Shown here one piece after another: positions 53,401 through 64,000 of a stretch of 64,000 bases of DNA. The stretch is from assembly GCF_000002075.1 (NCBI RefSeq), contig NW_004797288.1, positions 80,961-144,960 of the forward strand, in the 5' to 3' direction. This stretch comes from Aplysia californica. Its lineage: Eukaryota. The notes under the pieces are model-generated. The model was not told where the DNA came from, did not search any database, and saw nothing but the letters and a program-made list of their open reading frames with translations. The first letter of the stretch is position 1. The number at the start of each line of letters is the position of its first letter. The position numbers and the translations under genes are program-made.

Positions 53401-56400
53401 GGTATAAGAAGCAGGTTTCATTCCACTTTTGTTGCCAAAGGTTGAGGAAGAGGCTACTCCTTTTAAATGTTAATCTTTAAATGATCTAGCTGATTCAGAA
53501 TACAGACAAGGGAAAGCCTAATTGTGTCTGACCATGGGGGTCACCGTGTCACACAGCTGGGGGATGTATATTGCAACCCATACCAGATATATTCTCACAC
53601 ATCTGGGCACTCTGTGGCCTTGACCTACCTTCTCCAAGTGAGCCTGGGGCGCTGACCTGTCGCTTTGCCCGTCGCACAACCCGACCTGGCACGATGCCAC
53701 TGGCTGAAGGTTTCTTGATCACGTCTTCTACCTCCAGGGGTTTGATGTCATCTCTGGGGTAGCAGAAAAAAATTACTCACACTTGACATCTGCATTTGAT
53801 GACCATGACAAAGACAGATCTAAAAATCATTTGATGATGATGAAATGACATATCTAAAATCATTTGATGATGATGATAATGACAAGCCATATCTAAGATC
53901 GTAGAATGGCATCAGTGGTGAAATGGATAGGTTCTTTGTCATTTGCTTCCTGAGGAAGTTATTTCATAGAGTACAGTCAACATTGTCCAAGACAACCACC
54001 AACTGCGGAGGAGAACATGTGAATATCTTAGACAAGGTCATTATCATATTTTTAAAACACAAGGGGAAAGTGGGAAGTGGTAATTTAAACTGGTAATCCG
54101 CTTGGACAGATGGCCTTTGGATCAAGTTTAACTGTGCATCGGTATCGCCTGCTGCCAGATAGGACGCAGTTTCCTTCTCGGTCCGGGCAGTCCCTGACAA
54201 GCAGTGTCGAAACAAACAAACCAAGAAATTTGATGAAAAACATTCCCCATTCCAGAATGAAACCACAATACTGGAGGGCATCCACACATAACAATCTTGA
54301 TCCTAACAGATTTCATGAGGCTTAGTCTTGTTATCTGTGAACAGGGTGGACAACAGCAATGCTGGAAAGAAATATACAAGCACTGCAGACCACATCACAG
54401 TACCCTCTAATCACCCATCAAAAGTCACAATCTCCTCACCTCTCCTCCCGTGCCTGAGTGTCTAGTATATCCGAGGCCGCCTCCATTGGACGTTGTAGGG
54501 CAGACATCTGGTAGATTATCTCTCGCATGATGAAACGAGTAATGAATTTGTCAATGCGGTTCGACTCCTTGTATACCTGAAGAGTTTTGAGTGAAAAATG
54601 TAAGTTAAGAGAAGCATACTATCACAGGCACTCTTGTTTCATGAAATAGCAACACAAACAGACAGAAACACAGGAGGGGAAAAACAACAGAAGTTGAACC
54701 TTCTAGTAGCGCACTCTAATCACAGAAAAGTAAACAGCTCAAGCCTGTTTTTCAGCAATCACAATACGTCCACTGCGGTCGAGTACGAGTAAACAGAAGC
54801 ACATCAACAAGATAACACTAAAGTAATGGAGTACTGGGAAAGAGTAATATAGACAGAAACAATGGAGGGAAAGAAGTAGGGCCTACCAGTACCACCACAA
54901 TGACAAGAACTAAGAAGCATTTTCATCTTACTTTAATCCCCATAACTTACGGTAAATAAACACTCAGACATTGATCTTCTTGTCTCTGATCATAATAAAA
55001 TCTGTAGAGTAGTGGTTATGTGCTTCCCAGTCACACGAAGGAAACACAAATTCAGTTTTGGAGCGGGGAACACTTTTATCGAGTACCTCTGTCTCTCTGC
55101 TAGGATGTATCCCTCTTGGCCCACTTGGATCTTACAGGCAGGGTCAAAGCCCACCTCCTACTTGATCTAAGCCATGTCGGGGGGGGGGGGTGTAAAAACA
55201 CCTATATTTATTTTATTATTAATGTTCGTGTCAGATCAGTTTTCTTAGAGGGAAAGATCTTGGTTTGAATAATATGTCCTCGGGTGACATGCATTTGAAG
55301 TTTGCACACTTCACTATAATACTGAAAGGAGATAGGAGTAAATAAAATAAGCACCCACCAACTAACCAATCTGTAAGGACAAAGAGTCGAAGAGACAATA
55401 GTGAGTTGACTAGTTACGCAGACCTTTTCTACCATTTCCATCTGAGCAAAAAGATCACATTGACACAAAAATTGCCATTTTACCATTGGGAGAAAGCAAG
55501 ACAGATAACAGAAACAACAATGAAAGAAAAAAAATGAGCATAAAGGTCACTCAGTGAAAGCAAAGGAGTAGAAAAAGATAGACAAACAGAAACAACAAAG
55601 GGAACGGAAAGAAATGGGACCTACCAACAGAGAGAAAGGAAAGAAGGAGGAACTATCAGTGGCACCCAACAACCATTTCCCCATTTTTACCTTGGAGGTC
55701 GTGTAGAGCACATTGGTCGTCTTCTTGTTGAGGTCCTCTAAAAGGCTGAAGACTTCCCGAAATTCTCCGAGATGTTGAGCAAAGTAAGTACACAGTTCCT
55801 CCGTGTCAATGTTACTGGAAGGTAAAACAAACAACAGTTATGACAACACACCCCTCACACACATAATACATAAGTATGTGTTTAATACAAAAATAGTTAA
55901 GTCACAACTGAGAATCCACACTTTAATGAAACAGGGAAAGACAACGTGCTTCCTAGCCATGTGGACATCCGGGAAAACAAGCAGGTCGATCTCCTGGCGA
56001 AGGAATCCTTGTCACTTAAACTTCTGTTGGGATCAATGAAGAACACCCTCACACAGGCAGACTTCCAAAATAAAGTTAAAAACTACACCTACAGTCTGTG
56101 AGAGAAACACTGGAATGAACTATAAAACAACAAACTCCACAGTATCGTGCCCAAACAGGGCCCGCGAAAATGTTCGGGCCTCTCTAGAAAACACAAAATC
56201 ATTTTTACTCGATTGCGTATTAGACATACCTCCCTGACACATAAGTATCTACAGGGAGATGAGAAACCACTCTGTGTTGAATGCCATACATATTGTCATT
56301 GGCCTTTACACAAAGATGTGTTATTTTAATGTCATGTAAATTGTTATTTTTTTAGATTGAAACTTTTACTGCAAAATTTTTAACCAATTAATCTCATAGT

Positions 56401-59400
56401 GACCAAAACCAAGCCATGCTGTGAACTGTTGTGAATGCCAATAACTTGTGTTTCATGTGCTCATATGACCTTATGCAGTTGCGAACACCTTAAAATTCTT
56501 ACTAAACAAGACACTCCCTTCGCATTACATTGCATAAAAATGTTATTGCTAAGTTTCTTTTAAAGCTAAGAATGAATGCACCAATAAGTGAGGCTTTTCC
56601 GGGATTTTAAAGGGCATTCATAGGCTTTTTAGAGCTCCATTTATTGGCACCACTGCTCACCGTTCTTCACTCTTCATTGAAACATATTGGCAATAGTTGG
56701 AGGGCTTCTGAGACTGAACATGTTCCTATTCATCTTTAGTTGTTCAGGCAATTCAAACATGTCATTTTACAACTGATACAGTAGATATCGGCTAAGGTTT
56801 CCAGAGTTTTTACGTGTAAAGCATTGAGTTAAATTTAAACTAAGTTCAACGGTTATGGAAAATTGTGACTGTGAAGTAGGCACTAGATAACTAAAACTAG
56901 AATTAGGTATCTGCTGCAAATATTATGCTTCAACATGCGTGTCTACGGCTTCTATGTCTGACAAAACTAATCTAATGACCAACAGAAGCAAACATTGTTA
57001 AATTCTAAACAGGAAATAAGAAGGCCTAACTGCGGATGGCGAAATGAACCATATTAATACCTGACAACAATAAACTGAAACAACAAAATTCAGATCTAGC
57101 TTAACAATAACAACAATAACAACAAATCAAAAGCAACAACAAAATACTAGATCTAGATAAAGATTGAAATACTTTCGAACTAAAAAATAACCCAAAGACC
57201 AAGCATTGCTGATCGAATTACTTACAAAAAGCATCAAAAGTAGAATCTAGAAGAAAAGAGCAGGTCTAGTCCATGCATGCTGTCTGTTCCCCTTGTCTTC
57301 TGTCCCTTTTCAGTTTCATTTTCTCTGACTGTGTTGCAAGTGAAATTGGTGGTGCTTGGCTTCTTGTACTTATTTGTTCTTCCTTCCTGTGCCATCTATG
57401 ACGGGAATTCTAACTTTTGTAGGCTCGAATATGGGACAGCTTCATGACTTCTCTGCTCCGTTTCTGTCCAGTGTGCACAAATGTCTGATTGCGAAGTTTC
57501 AGGCGGTGATGCAGGCAAAGGGTGACAAAAAGTTTTACTAAAATTTTAAGGCAAGTGGCTTAGCATTCTTGGGGAATTTTAGGCGTAATTTTCCTGCCAT
57601 ACAGGAGACAAGGGTTTGCTTGTCAGCATGGCCATGGAGAACCTGCTTGCACGTGAATGTGTACAGGTTTTCCATTTGCGTGACAATATTTGTCAAGAAG
57701 TGGCCTGGCATTTTCAGTCCATTCAAGCAGTTGTCATAATTTTTGAAAAATGTTAAAATTTCAATTCCTCAGATAATTTCTCCTGTGTCATTCTGACATA
57801 GAGAGTCACACTTAGTGCAGAGCTCGTTGTCCACTTCACTAGGGCCAATAGGTAGCCTTCTATATATGTACGAAAATTGTCCTTTTGCAGCTGCTGACAG
57901 GATGTTAAATTCACACAGGACAGAGCATCATCTTCAATATGTTCTTTGAAGTAATGGTCAAGGGGATATTTATTTACTGTAGTAGCTACTGTTGATGGAG
58001 CCTTGGACATATTCAGAAAAAAAACTGTCGCAATCGTCTTGACAGCTTTTAATTGGGCTCAATGTTAGTAAACAGTCGAGCATCACCTGCTGAAGTGCAG
58101 ATTGGAAGTTTAGGACACTTAAGTTACCTCGATGAACTTCCTTGCCCCTTATTGCGGCAAACAGATTCCCTACAATCCTGACTCAGGCAACTAGTGATAA
58201 TGTACTTTATTTCTGGAATAACTGATCATGAACAAGGAGCTGCAGACGTCTGAGAGAGATTCGCCAATCATCTAGGCATGGAAGATGTCTTGAGCCAGAC
58301 ATGGGTTTGAGGCTCTTGAGCCACTCAAAACATTCTCAAGGAAAAGATGGCGGGATGAAGATGTTGATATGGCATGATTGGATGGGGGTTTTTTGTTGTT
58401 TTTTTTACTATTGAGCAAAACTGTTAAAACACGTGAATAAGTTGCTGTTGGTTGACCCCAAGCAACAAAAGCAACCAATGTTGTAATTCCAGCGTATACA
58501 GAGAGACTTAACACTTGAGTTGCAAGACATACTGCATTGCACTAAAAGGTGGCAATTCAATGTGTGTCTTCTTTAATTTGGGGGCCAATTGTACAGGAAT
58601 TTAACAGTCCGCCAGATAAAATTCTCTATGTGCTTCCAGAAAATGATGTTGTTCCCTTGCCCGAAGCCATGCCTTTTCAAATTGTTTCGTACAGTTTTCA
58701 AGAGATGGAGAGGGTCAAATAAGACGACACTCATTGTGCTCAAAGCATGATTTGTCCACTGACACTCCAAATACCTGTAAGGTTGCTCGGTTGTTTGAAC
58801 CCTGGTCACAAATAATGGCTTTAACATTTACACCAATCTCCAAAAGTGTGCTAAAAGCTTCTTTTATGAGGGCTCTAAGATGTCTTCACTGATGGGACCA
58901 CTGGAAAACAGTATCCTATTGGCTGCTTCCATTCGGAATCAAGTCCTTGGACCATAAAAACTAGAGCGTGATTGGCAACAAACTCTGACTTAAGGTAAGT
59001 GCTATAGTCCTCAAGACCATCAACACAGTCCTTCTTGACATTGTACACAACGTGCTCTTTAATAGACATTTCATCAAAAGTAAGTAAGCAGACTTTATCT
59101 GATGGATTCATGGTGGACACTTCTTCGGGGGCCTGAATGATACGGGGGCAAAATCCAGTGTCTATGGTCACATTCCTCAATGATGTCTTCAGTGTACTCA
59201 CAGACAAGTAAAGTAAATAACTTTCTCAGGAGACGATATGTTCTTGGGGAAGAATGAAGCATGGACAGAGCAAATCGCCTTATTTCTTGAGTACAACGAT
59301 AAGCTTTGTAACCTTTTTTGCTCATTTGCTCATTGTGTGCCATGACAAAGTCTAAGAGCTACTAAGATACTATGAGGGTGTTCTTCCCAAATATGTAATG

Positions 59401-62400
59401 TTCACCTTCTTTCCGTATTTTCAGACTTCAGTTTGCTGTACTTGAGGCTTTCTCTACATAGTTTTTTTTTTGTAGAGCAGCGATTCGATTCTTCATTTTT
59501 TTATTTTCGGCAACGGGGTAGCCCACTTGCATGTCGGTGGAGGAAAAGGAGCTTTTACTTTACCTGTACAGGCATTGGCAAGACTTTGTGAAAGACAAGG
59601 TTGTAACATGCTTAAAAGTTTTCTTTCTCTGTGTGATGGATGATTTGGGGTCAAGTGTTCTGCTGGATTTGGCACGTCATATAGGATGGGTACAGCAGTT
59701 TAGTTCCATCAGCGTTAAGTAAGCGGATTTATGAATTGGTTATCATCAAAATGATTGGAGCACAGACAATATTATTAAGTAGGGAGTGCTTTTTTTCATA
59801 AGATCTTGAGGCTGAGAATTCTTCACCCATGTTTTAGATCTGGTGTGATATAAGAGAAAAGAAGGTATGGTATAGCTAAACAAGCAACTACTGACAGTAC
59901 TATACATGAAATTACTAGCATGGAAGTGTTAAACATATTTCAAAAACAAAATATTTTACATTGTGGTATTCAACAGTGCCTATATATATATATACACTGT
60001 CTTCTTTAACTGCAATAGCATTTGAGTTTATATACAAGTTTTTTTGCATGAAAGTAAGAGCAGGAAACACAGGGTACTGCAGTACATACATTTGAAATGA
60101 GAGTAAATGGAGACAATAATCTTTTTTTTGTTAAGAGTAATGTTACTGGAGATCTAGGATTGAAGGGCAGTTCCACATTCCAAAGGGCAAAATCGACAAA
60201 CAAATGGCATTTCAACAATGGAAATCTCGTGTGAGAACATTATGTTTCCAGTTAATGTCACTATTAAATCACAGTTTAGTCAATGCCAGTTTGTGAATGG
60301 AACCCTGCAAGTGCACGAATACTGTCATTTTCATTGCAGCTTGTACAATAACTAACCTTTTGATAATTATATTGTAAATGTACAGTCGGTATAATATCCA
60401 AACAGTTTGTACTGTTACATTTAACTTGCCGAGTCTCTAGAGAACCGGAAAAAATATAATTCCGGCAGTTGGCGTCTTAAAATTGTGGCAGTTTATAGCT
60501 CCACAATATTGACTTTTGCAACTTCATTTTCAGGTGGCAATAGCTTTAGAATTTGAAACCATAGTTAGAAACTAAAACTTCGCTGATTGGTTGAGCGAAC
60601 AGCTGATCACAGATGGGAGTAGCAACAGATAACATGTGTGCTACCATAATTTTCTCCTCAAAAAATGCAAAAAAGAGCTTCGAAACAGCAACTGTAGTGC
60701 CATCTGAGAATAAACATATAGCCGCTGACACTTTTTTGGGCTGAGAAAACCATCTTGTGGAGTAGAATATTTGGTGGCAGGCTACAAACATCCCTAAATT
60801 TGGCAATCATTCAGCAGAAAAATGGATCTTCCCAAGGCAGATTTCAATTTTTTAATTGTGCTGAAAACAAGAAAGTTACAAAGTGATTTCTTTGAGAGCA
60901 TTGTTCTTGAAAGTGTGTATTCAATCAGTTCGCAGAATGCTTCTGTATCATCTCAGATAGGTAGAACTTTATAATATTGAAAGTTATTAAGTGGAATTCC
61001 TTGTAGAATGAAAGCATTAAAAAAGTAACGGGGATGTTGTACCCGTTTTTCACGTGGCCTGAAAGTCAGAAAGGCAAAACTCCCGCACAAGGGAAACTTT
61101 TGCCACCAGTTCACTGTGACGTCACAGCTGCGTAAAGCATTGCCGCAGATTTGACAGTTAATTTAATCCACCTAAATACCACAGAAAACACCATACTCAT
61201 GAATAAGGACGTCATTTTTTAAAGAAGGTCTCTTTCAATTTGCTGGTACAACTAATTTGGTTTACCTTTCAATTTGCTGTCACAACTAATTCGGCTTAAT
61301 TTTGATTTTATGTGAATTTAGAGATATTATGGACTTCAAAATAACTGCATATTATATCCTCCTAGTATTTACAGTGTTTTAGGCATAATCAGAGTGAAGA
61401 TTACAAAAGAGGTAGATTAACGTAGATTTATGTGTAGCCTACATTGTATGCCTGCTTACTCATAACGAAAATCAGAAAAAAAAACAACCAATAATTAGAG
61501 AATATACACACATCAGATCGACATGAATGCAATGGGACACTTTCATGGTACTGAAAGGGGTAGGAACATATCTCTAGGTTCAAATATGTAATTGAGCATT
61601 TTGTTAAGTAGTTATGCCTTGATGGTCCAAATCCATCAGAGTAGGCTTCTTGTAATATACTTACCAAAATATAATCAAGTTGAGTTCATAATTTAATCAA
61701 ACATTCAAATCCTTTTCCCCCAACACTTTCTGATTTTTTCCCCCTGTGCAAACATAGATTTGTATACATTCAGATATAACTGTTGTAACAAAATGAGCAC
61801 GTGTATATCAATGAACCATGTTTGTTTGGGTTTTTAAAAATTGAAATGTGCATAATTATCTAGGTACTGAGATGACAATTTTAACATTTTCTATTCAGTT
61901 GTCCAAAGAAACATAATAATTCCAATTTTCAGCTCAATCCATCCATAAATCTAGTTATATGTAAATGTCCAATATTTGTGTATCGATTCCCCCTCTTTAT
62001 TTATCTTCTGGAATTCTCACCAAAATACCTATAATTTCTGACATGTACACAGCCATAACTTTTTTTATGGACTGATTTTCAAAAAGTAAGAAGCACTTTG
62101 TTTATAAAAATATAAATTTTTACATCTTTGTTGTTTATAGGTTAGTAGTGCCTTTATTTTAAAAAGCTGTGGTATGGCTAACCAAAGAGGATGATTAAAA
62201 AATCAAATCTTTAAACCAAAATATAATGTAAGATGAAAAAAGGCCTTAAAAAGAGAGTACCTCAGACACCTTGATACAGGGGTTACTCCATTATGATCTG
62301 AAACGCTATAGTGCGGCCAAAAATTTGTGGCGCAACTTATCCTCAAATATCTATTTAAAGGGACAATCAATGTCACCCATACTTTGCACAGCAGTTTGTC

Positions 62401-62984
62401 TCAATTTGTCTTAACTTAATCATGTTTTTCCACAACAGTTGAGGCTAGATTAAAAAACTTTTCTTCATAAATTTATAGAAAAGAACAAATCTGCTTTAAG
62501 CGGAAAATGGAATTGTTCACAGCACTTCCCGCTTCTCACACACATTTTATATATGCATAGGGGTTACGTCACAGGTCACCAGTGATACTTTTTAGTGGCA
62601 AAACTAGTTACAACAAATTAATTTTATAGAGAACACTTTTTTGCACTAAAAGTTCCCAAAACAAGCGTACAATAAAGATAATCTCGCAATTAGAAAAAAA
62701 AGGCGGACTTACTTTTAAAAGCTATATATATCGTCCCAGCTGTAAACTTGTTAAAATCAGTGGAGACCACCACTAGGATTTTTTATTAGTATTTCTTAAG
62801 GAATTTTCTAGAAAAGAGCTAACAGGTCTTTACCGCACTTTAGTCCATAGAGAGGGACTTTCAACTATGACTTACTTGGTGTTGTGTGAGTCAATGTCAT
62901 CAAACAAGGCTTGTAACTCCTCTTTTCCCATGACTCCATCAGCACAGTAAGACACAAACTCCTCCCATGAGATGAAACCATCAT
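38389..62984 (-). CDS. NECAB: N-terminal EF-hand calcium-binding protein (NECAB-like), 5'-partial, 10 exons: complement(join(38389..38414,41853..41929,42687..42764,44266..44375,45883..45936,46676..46740,53629..53753,54440..54576,55691..55814,62876..62984))
   Basis: The spliced translation DDGFISWEEFVSYCADGVMGKEELQALFDDIDSHNTNNIDTEELCTYFAQHLGEF...FITRFIMRE...QVDRLSKLIDRLERK...YEIWTSEE...MKIPGSWWKREI* closely follows vertebrate NECAB1 (EF-hand pair, coiled coil, ABM domain, terminal PxSWW). All junctions are GT-AG and in phase. Confidence 0.93.
38605..38950 (-). mobile_element. SINE family A copy
   Basis: Reverse-complement homology with an (ATT)n tail. Confidence 0.8.
39526..40333. mobile_element. 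pogo/Tigger-like MITE in the last NECAB intron
   Basis: TA|TAATGGAACTCGAATTCAACG ... TTGAATCCGAGTTCCACTG|TA; tandem GGATTCAACGAG subterminal repeats. Confidence 0.78.
41168..41695 (-). mobile_element. tRNA(Glu-like) SINE, full length with an 11-bp TSD
   Basis: TSD TTCTTGGGTTT at 41157-41167 and 41696-41706; (CAAA)n tail. Confidence 0.85.
41853..41929 (-). CDS. NECAB: NECAB exon (NCDNEAFKTLMDQASEQSKNSMKIP)
   Basis: ccccgcag| ... G|gtaact, 77 nt. Confidence 0.85.
42361..42698. repeat. ~90-98 bp tandem repeat (4 units) overlapping a NECAB splice donor
   Basis: CTGAGCCTG at 42407, 42496, 42594 and 42686. Confidence 0.85.
42687..42764 (-). CDS. NECAB: NECAB exon (VSVRDLRDSNTFSLYEIWTSEEKQAQ)
   Basis: cccccag| ... 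CA|gtaagt, 78 nt; YExW ABM motif. Confidence 0.9.
44266..44375 (-). CDS. NECAB: NECAB exon (LLLVNREFTV...QGFRGCLN; ABM domain start)
   Basis: ccctgcag| ... AA|gttagt, 110 nt. Confidence 0.9.
44843..45253 (+). mobile_element. Family B copy
   Basis: TSD AAGCCTACAC (44833-44842, 45254-45263). Confidence 0.78.
45883..45936 (-). CDS. NECAB: NECAB exon (VNFDGFRDEEVIHGEDDT)
   Basis: ctctctcag| ... ACG|gtatgc, 54 nt, phase 0-0. Confidence 0.85.
46676..46740 (-). CDS. NECAB: NECAB exon (TGVMNSQVDRLSKLIDRLERK)
   Basis: ttttccag| ... AAG|gtcagt, 65 nt. Confidence 0.9.
49060..49320. repeat. ~27-30 bp minisatellite (AAAACAATATTAGAAAACAGAGAGCTT)n
   Basis: Directly visible degenerate units. Confidence 0.8.
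53629..53753 (-). CDS. NECAB: NECAB exon (DDIKPLEVEDV...PGRVVRRAKRQVSAPGSLGE)
   Basis: ccccag| ... G|gtaggt, 125 nt; PGR..RR..R motif matches the NECAB linker. Confidence 0.87.
54440..54576 (-). CDS. NECAB: NECAB exon (VYKESNRIDKFITRFIMRE...AREER)
   Basis: cttcag| ... AG|gtgagg, 137 nt. Confidence 0.9.
55691..55814 (-). CDS. NECAB: NECAB exon (NIDTEELCTYFAQHLGEF...TTSK)
   Basis: ttccag| ... AAG|gtaaaa, 124 nt. Confidence 0.92.
55890..56510 (+). mobile_element. I/Nimb-clade LINE 3' fragment (RNase H end, Zn-knuckle region, 3' UTR tail)
   Basis: LPSHVDIRENKQVDLLAKE...NKLHSIVP..FTRLRIRHTSLTHKYLQGDEKPLCVEC, followed by the GTGCTCATATGACCTTATGCAGTTGCGAACACC tail. Confidence 0.8.
57300..60530 (-). 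mobile_element. Decayed P-element/THAP9-like transposon in the NECAB intron 55815-62875
   Basis: THAP motifs YCGAINC..FFRF (about 60430-60510) and, after a probable intron, WVKNS..LCSNHF..AVPILYDVPNP (about 59660-59838). Transposase motifs FALSMLHSSPRTYRLLRK, CLLTFDEMSIK..DGLED..ANHALVFMVQGL..WKQPIGY and FDPLHLLKTVRNNL. Many stops and frameshifts. Confidence 0.87.
62876..62984 (-). CDS. NECAB: NECAB exon (DDGFISWEEF...DIDSHNTN; EF-hands)
   Basis: ttacag| ... AA|gtaagt, 109 nt. Confidence 0.92.
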
Positions 62985-64000
62985 CTGTAATTGTAATTGT
63001 AACTGTTAATGCTTTATTGCATCTCCAACATAATTTAAATAATCTAGGGGGCAGACTTCCTCCACCTTGCCTATGAGGGTCAACTCCAAATTATGCATAC
63101 AAGCACATTGTCTCAGCAGACAGATGGCCATACTCTATAAAAAAACCCTCCACACTTGAGAATCCTATACTTCAGCAAGTAATGGCAGAGACATTCATTT
63201 CATTATCATCTATGAGATCCAGAGCTATTTAACAGGAGCTCTTTTTCTATACTACTAGTACTTGCATTCCCTCATAAAATGCAACTCAGAGATCCTACAC
63301 TTAATTTCTACAATTACAATAGCCCACCCCCTAACATAATAATTATACATAATAATAGTCGGTCTAACATAAACTGATATGTCCTTTAACATTCAAAGAG
63401 TACGAGAAAATATAGTTCTGCTAGTATGGTAAAAAGAGAAAAAAGAGAAAAAAGTAAAGGAAATACATTGTCATTTATAATAGAAAGAAACTTGTAATGA
63501 TCGCAAATACCACAAGTTTCCAAAGTAGTACCTTCTCCATTCCTAAAAAGGTTTGCTTGTCTGCCGTATATATATTTTGGGGGGCAAAACCGTATGGCTT
63601 CATTTGAGACCTTCAAGCTCTTTTCACTTTTAGAAGAATTTTCCACAAACAGAGCACATGTGGTATGTTAAACCATTGTCAAAGTCATGATTTGAGTTTT
63701 GATTTTCTTCCTTCTCTGAATGGAATGCCTCTGCTTTATAAACTGTTTTTTATCAAAAGCTTTACTGCCACTAACAGTACCTAGTGGAAGCACTAGATTG
63801 TCCCGGTTATGAGAACACCAAACATTAGCTCTGTCTGACTCTGCTTTATATATATATATACATATATAGTAAAATAGAAAGAGTAAATAATTTCTCTTAT
63901 TTGTCTCTTGTATGAGTAAAGAAAGATGTACACAATAATAATGGTCGTACCCTCCAACCACCAACTCATCTTTCTTGCCATACAGACGACATATATATAT

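Noticed and set aside
60810-62845. Kolobok-like non-autonomous DNA elements (also about 43190-44118 and 45960-46447)
   Set aside because: The sequence resembles such elements, but I could not pair TIRs or TSDs.
62985-64000. NECAB first exons (FRRADKN)
   Set aside because: No segment with that motif and valid splice sites was found; they presumably lie beyond the window.

Overview
Eukaryotic (invertebrate, probably lophotrochozoan) genomic DNA with assembly gaps; the supplied ORF track is mostly noise because the genes are spliced. I reconstructed two intron-containing genes on the minus strand, with every junction GT-AG and phase-consistent. (1) A complete 5-exon gustatory-receptor-like (GRL, 7TM ion-channel superfamily) gene, 25189-13661, 426 aa, with the TYxxxxxQF motif and three C-terminal phase-0 introns. 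(2) Ten exons of a NECAB homolog (EF-hands + coiled coil + ABM domain), 62984-38389, whose 5' exons lie beyond the window. The rest is dense with decayed transposons: four PIF/Harbinger relics, a hAT, a P-element/THAP9-like element, Tc1, several MITEs and LINE fragments. There is also a modular set of short retroposons: about 17 copies of one stem-loop 3' tail, whose apparent source (an I/Nimb-clade LINE 3' end) is in the window. This set includes TSD-flanked elements with no tRNA head. Other candidates are a plus-strand spliced transcript with a 47-aa smORF between the two genes and a 39-nt cassette exon in NECAB. No prokaryotic-type system (CRISPR etc.) is present. Family assignments come from motif recognition only; no database search was run.
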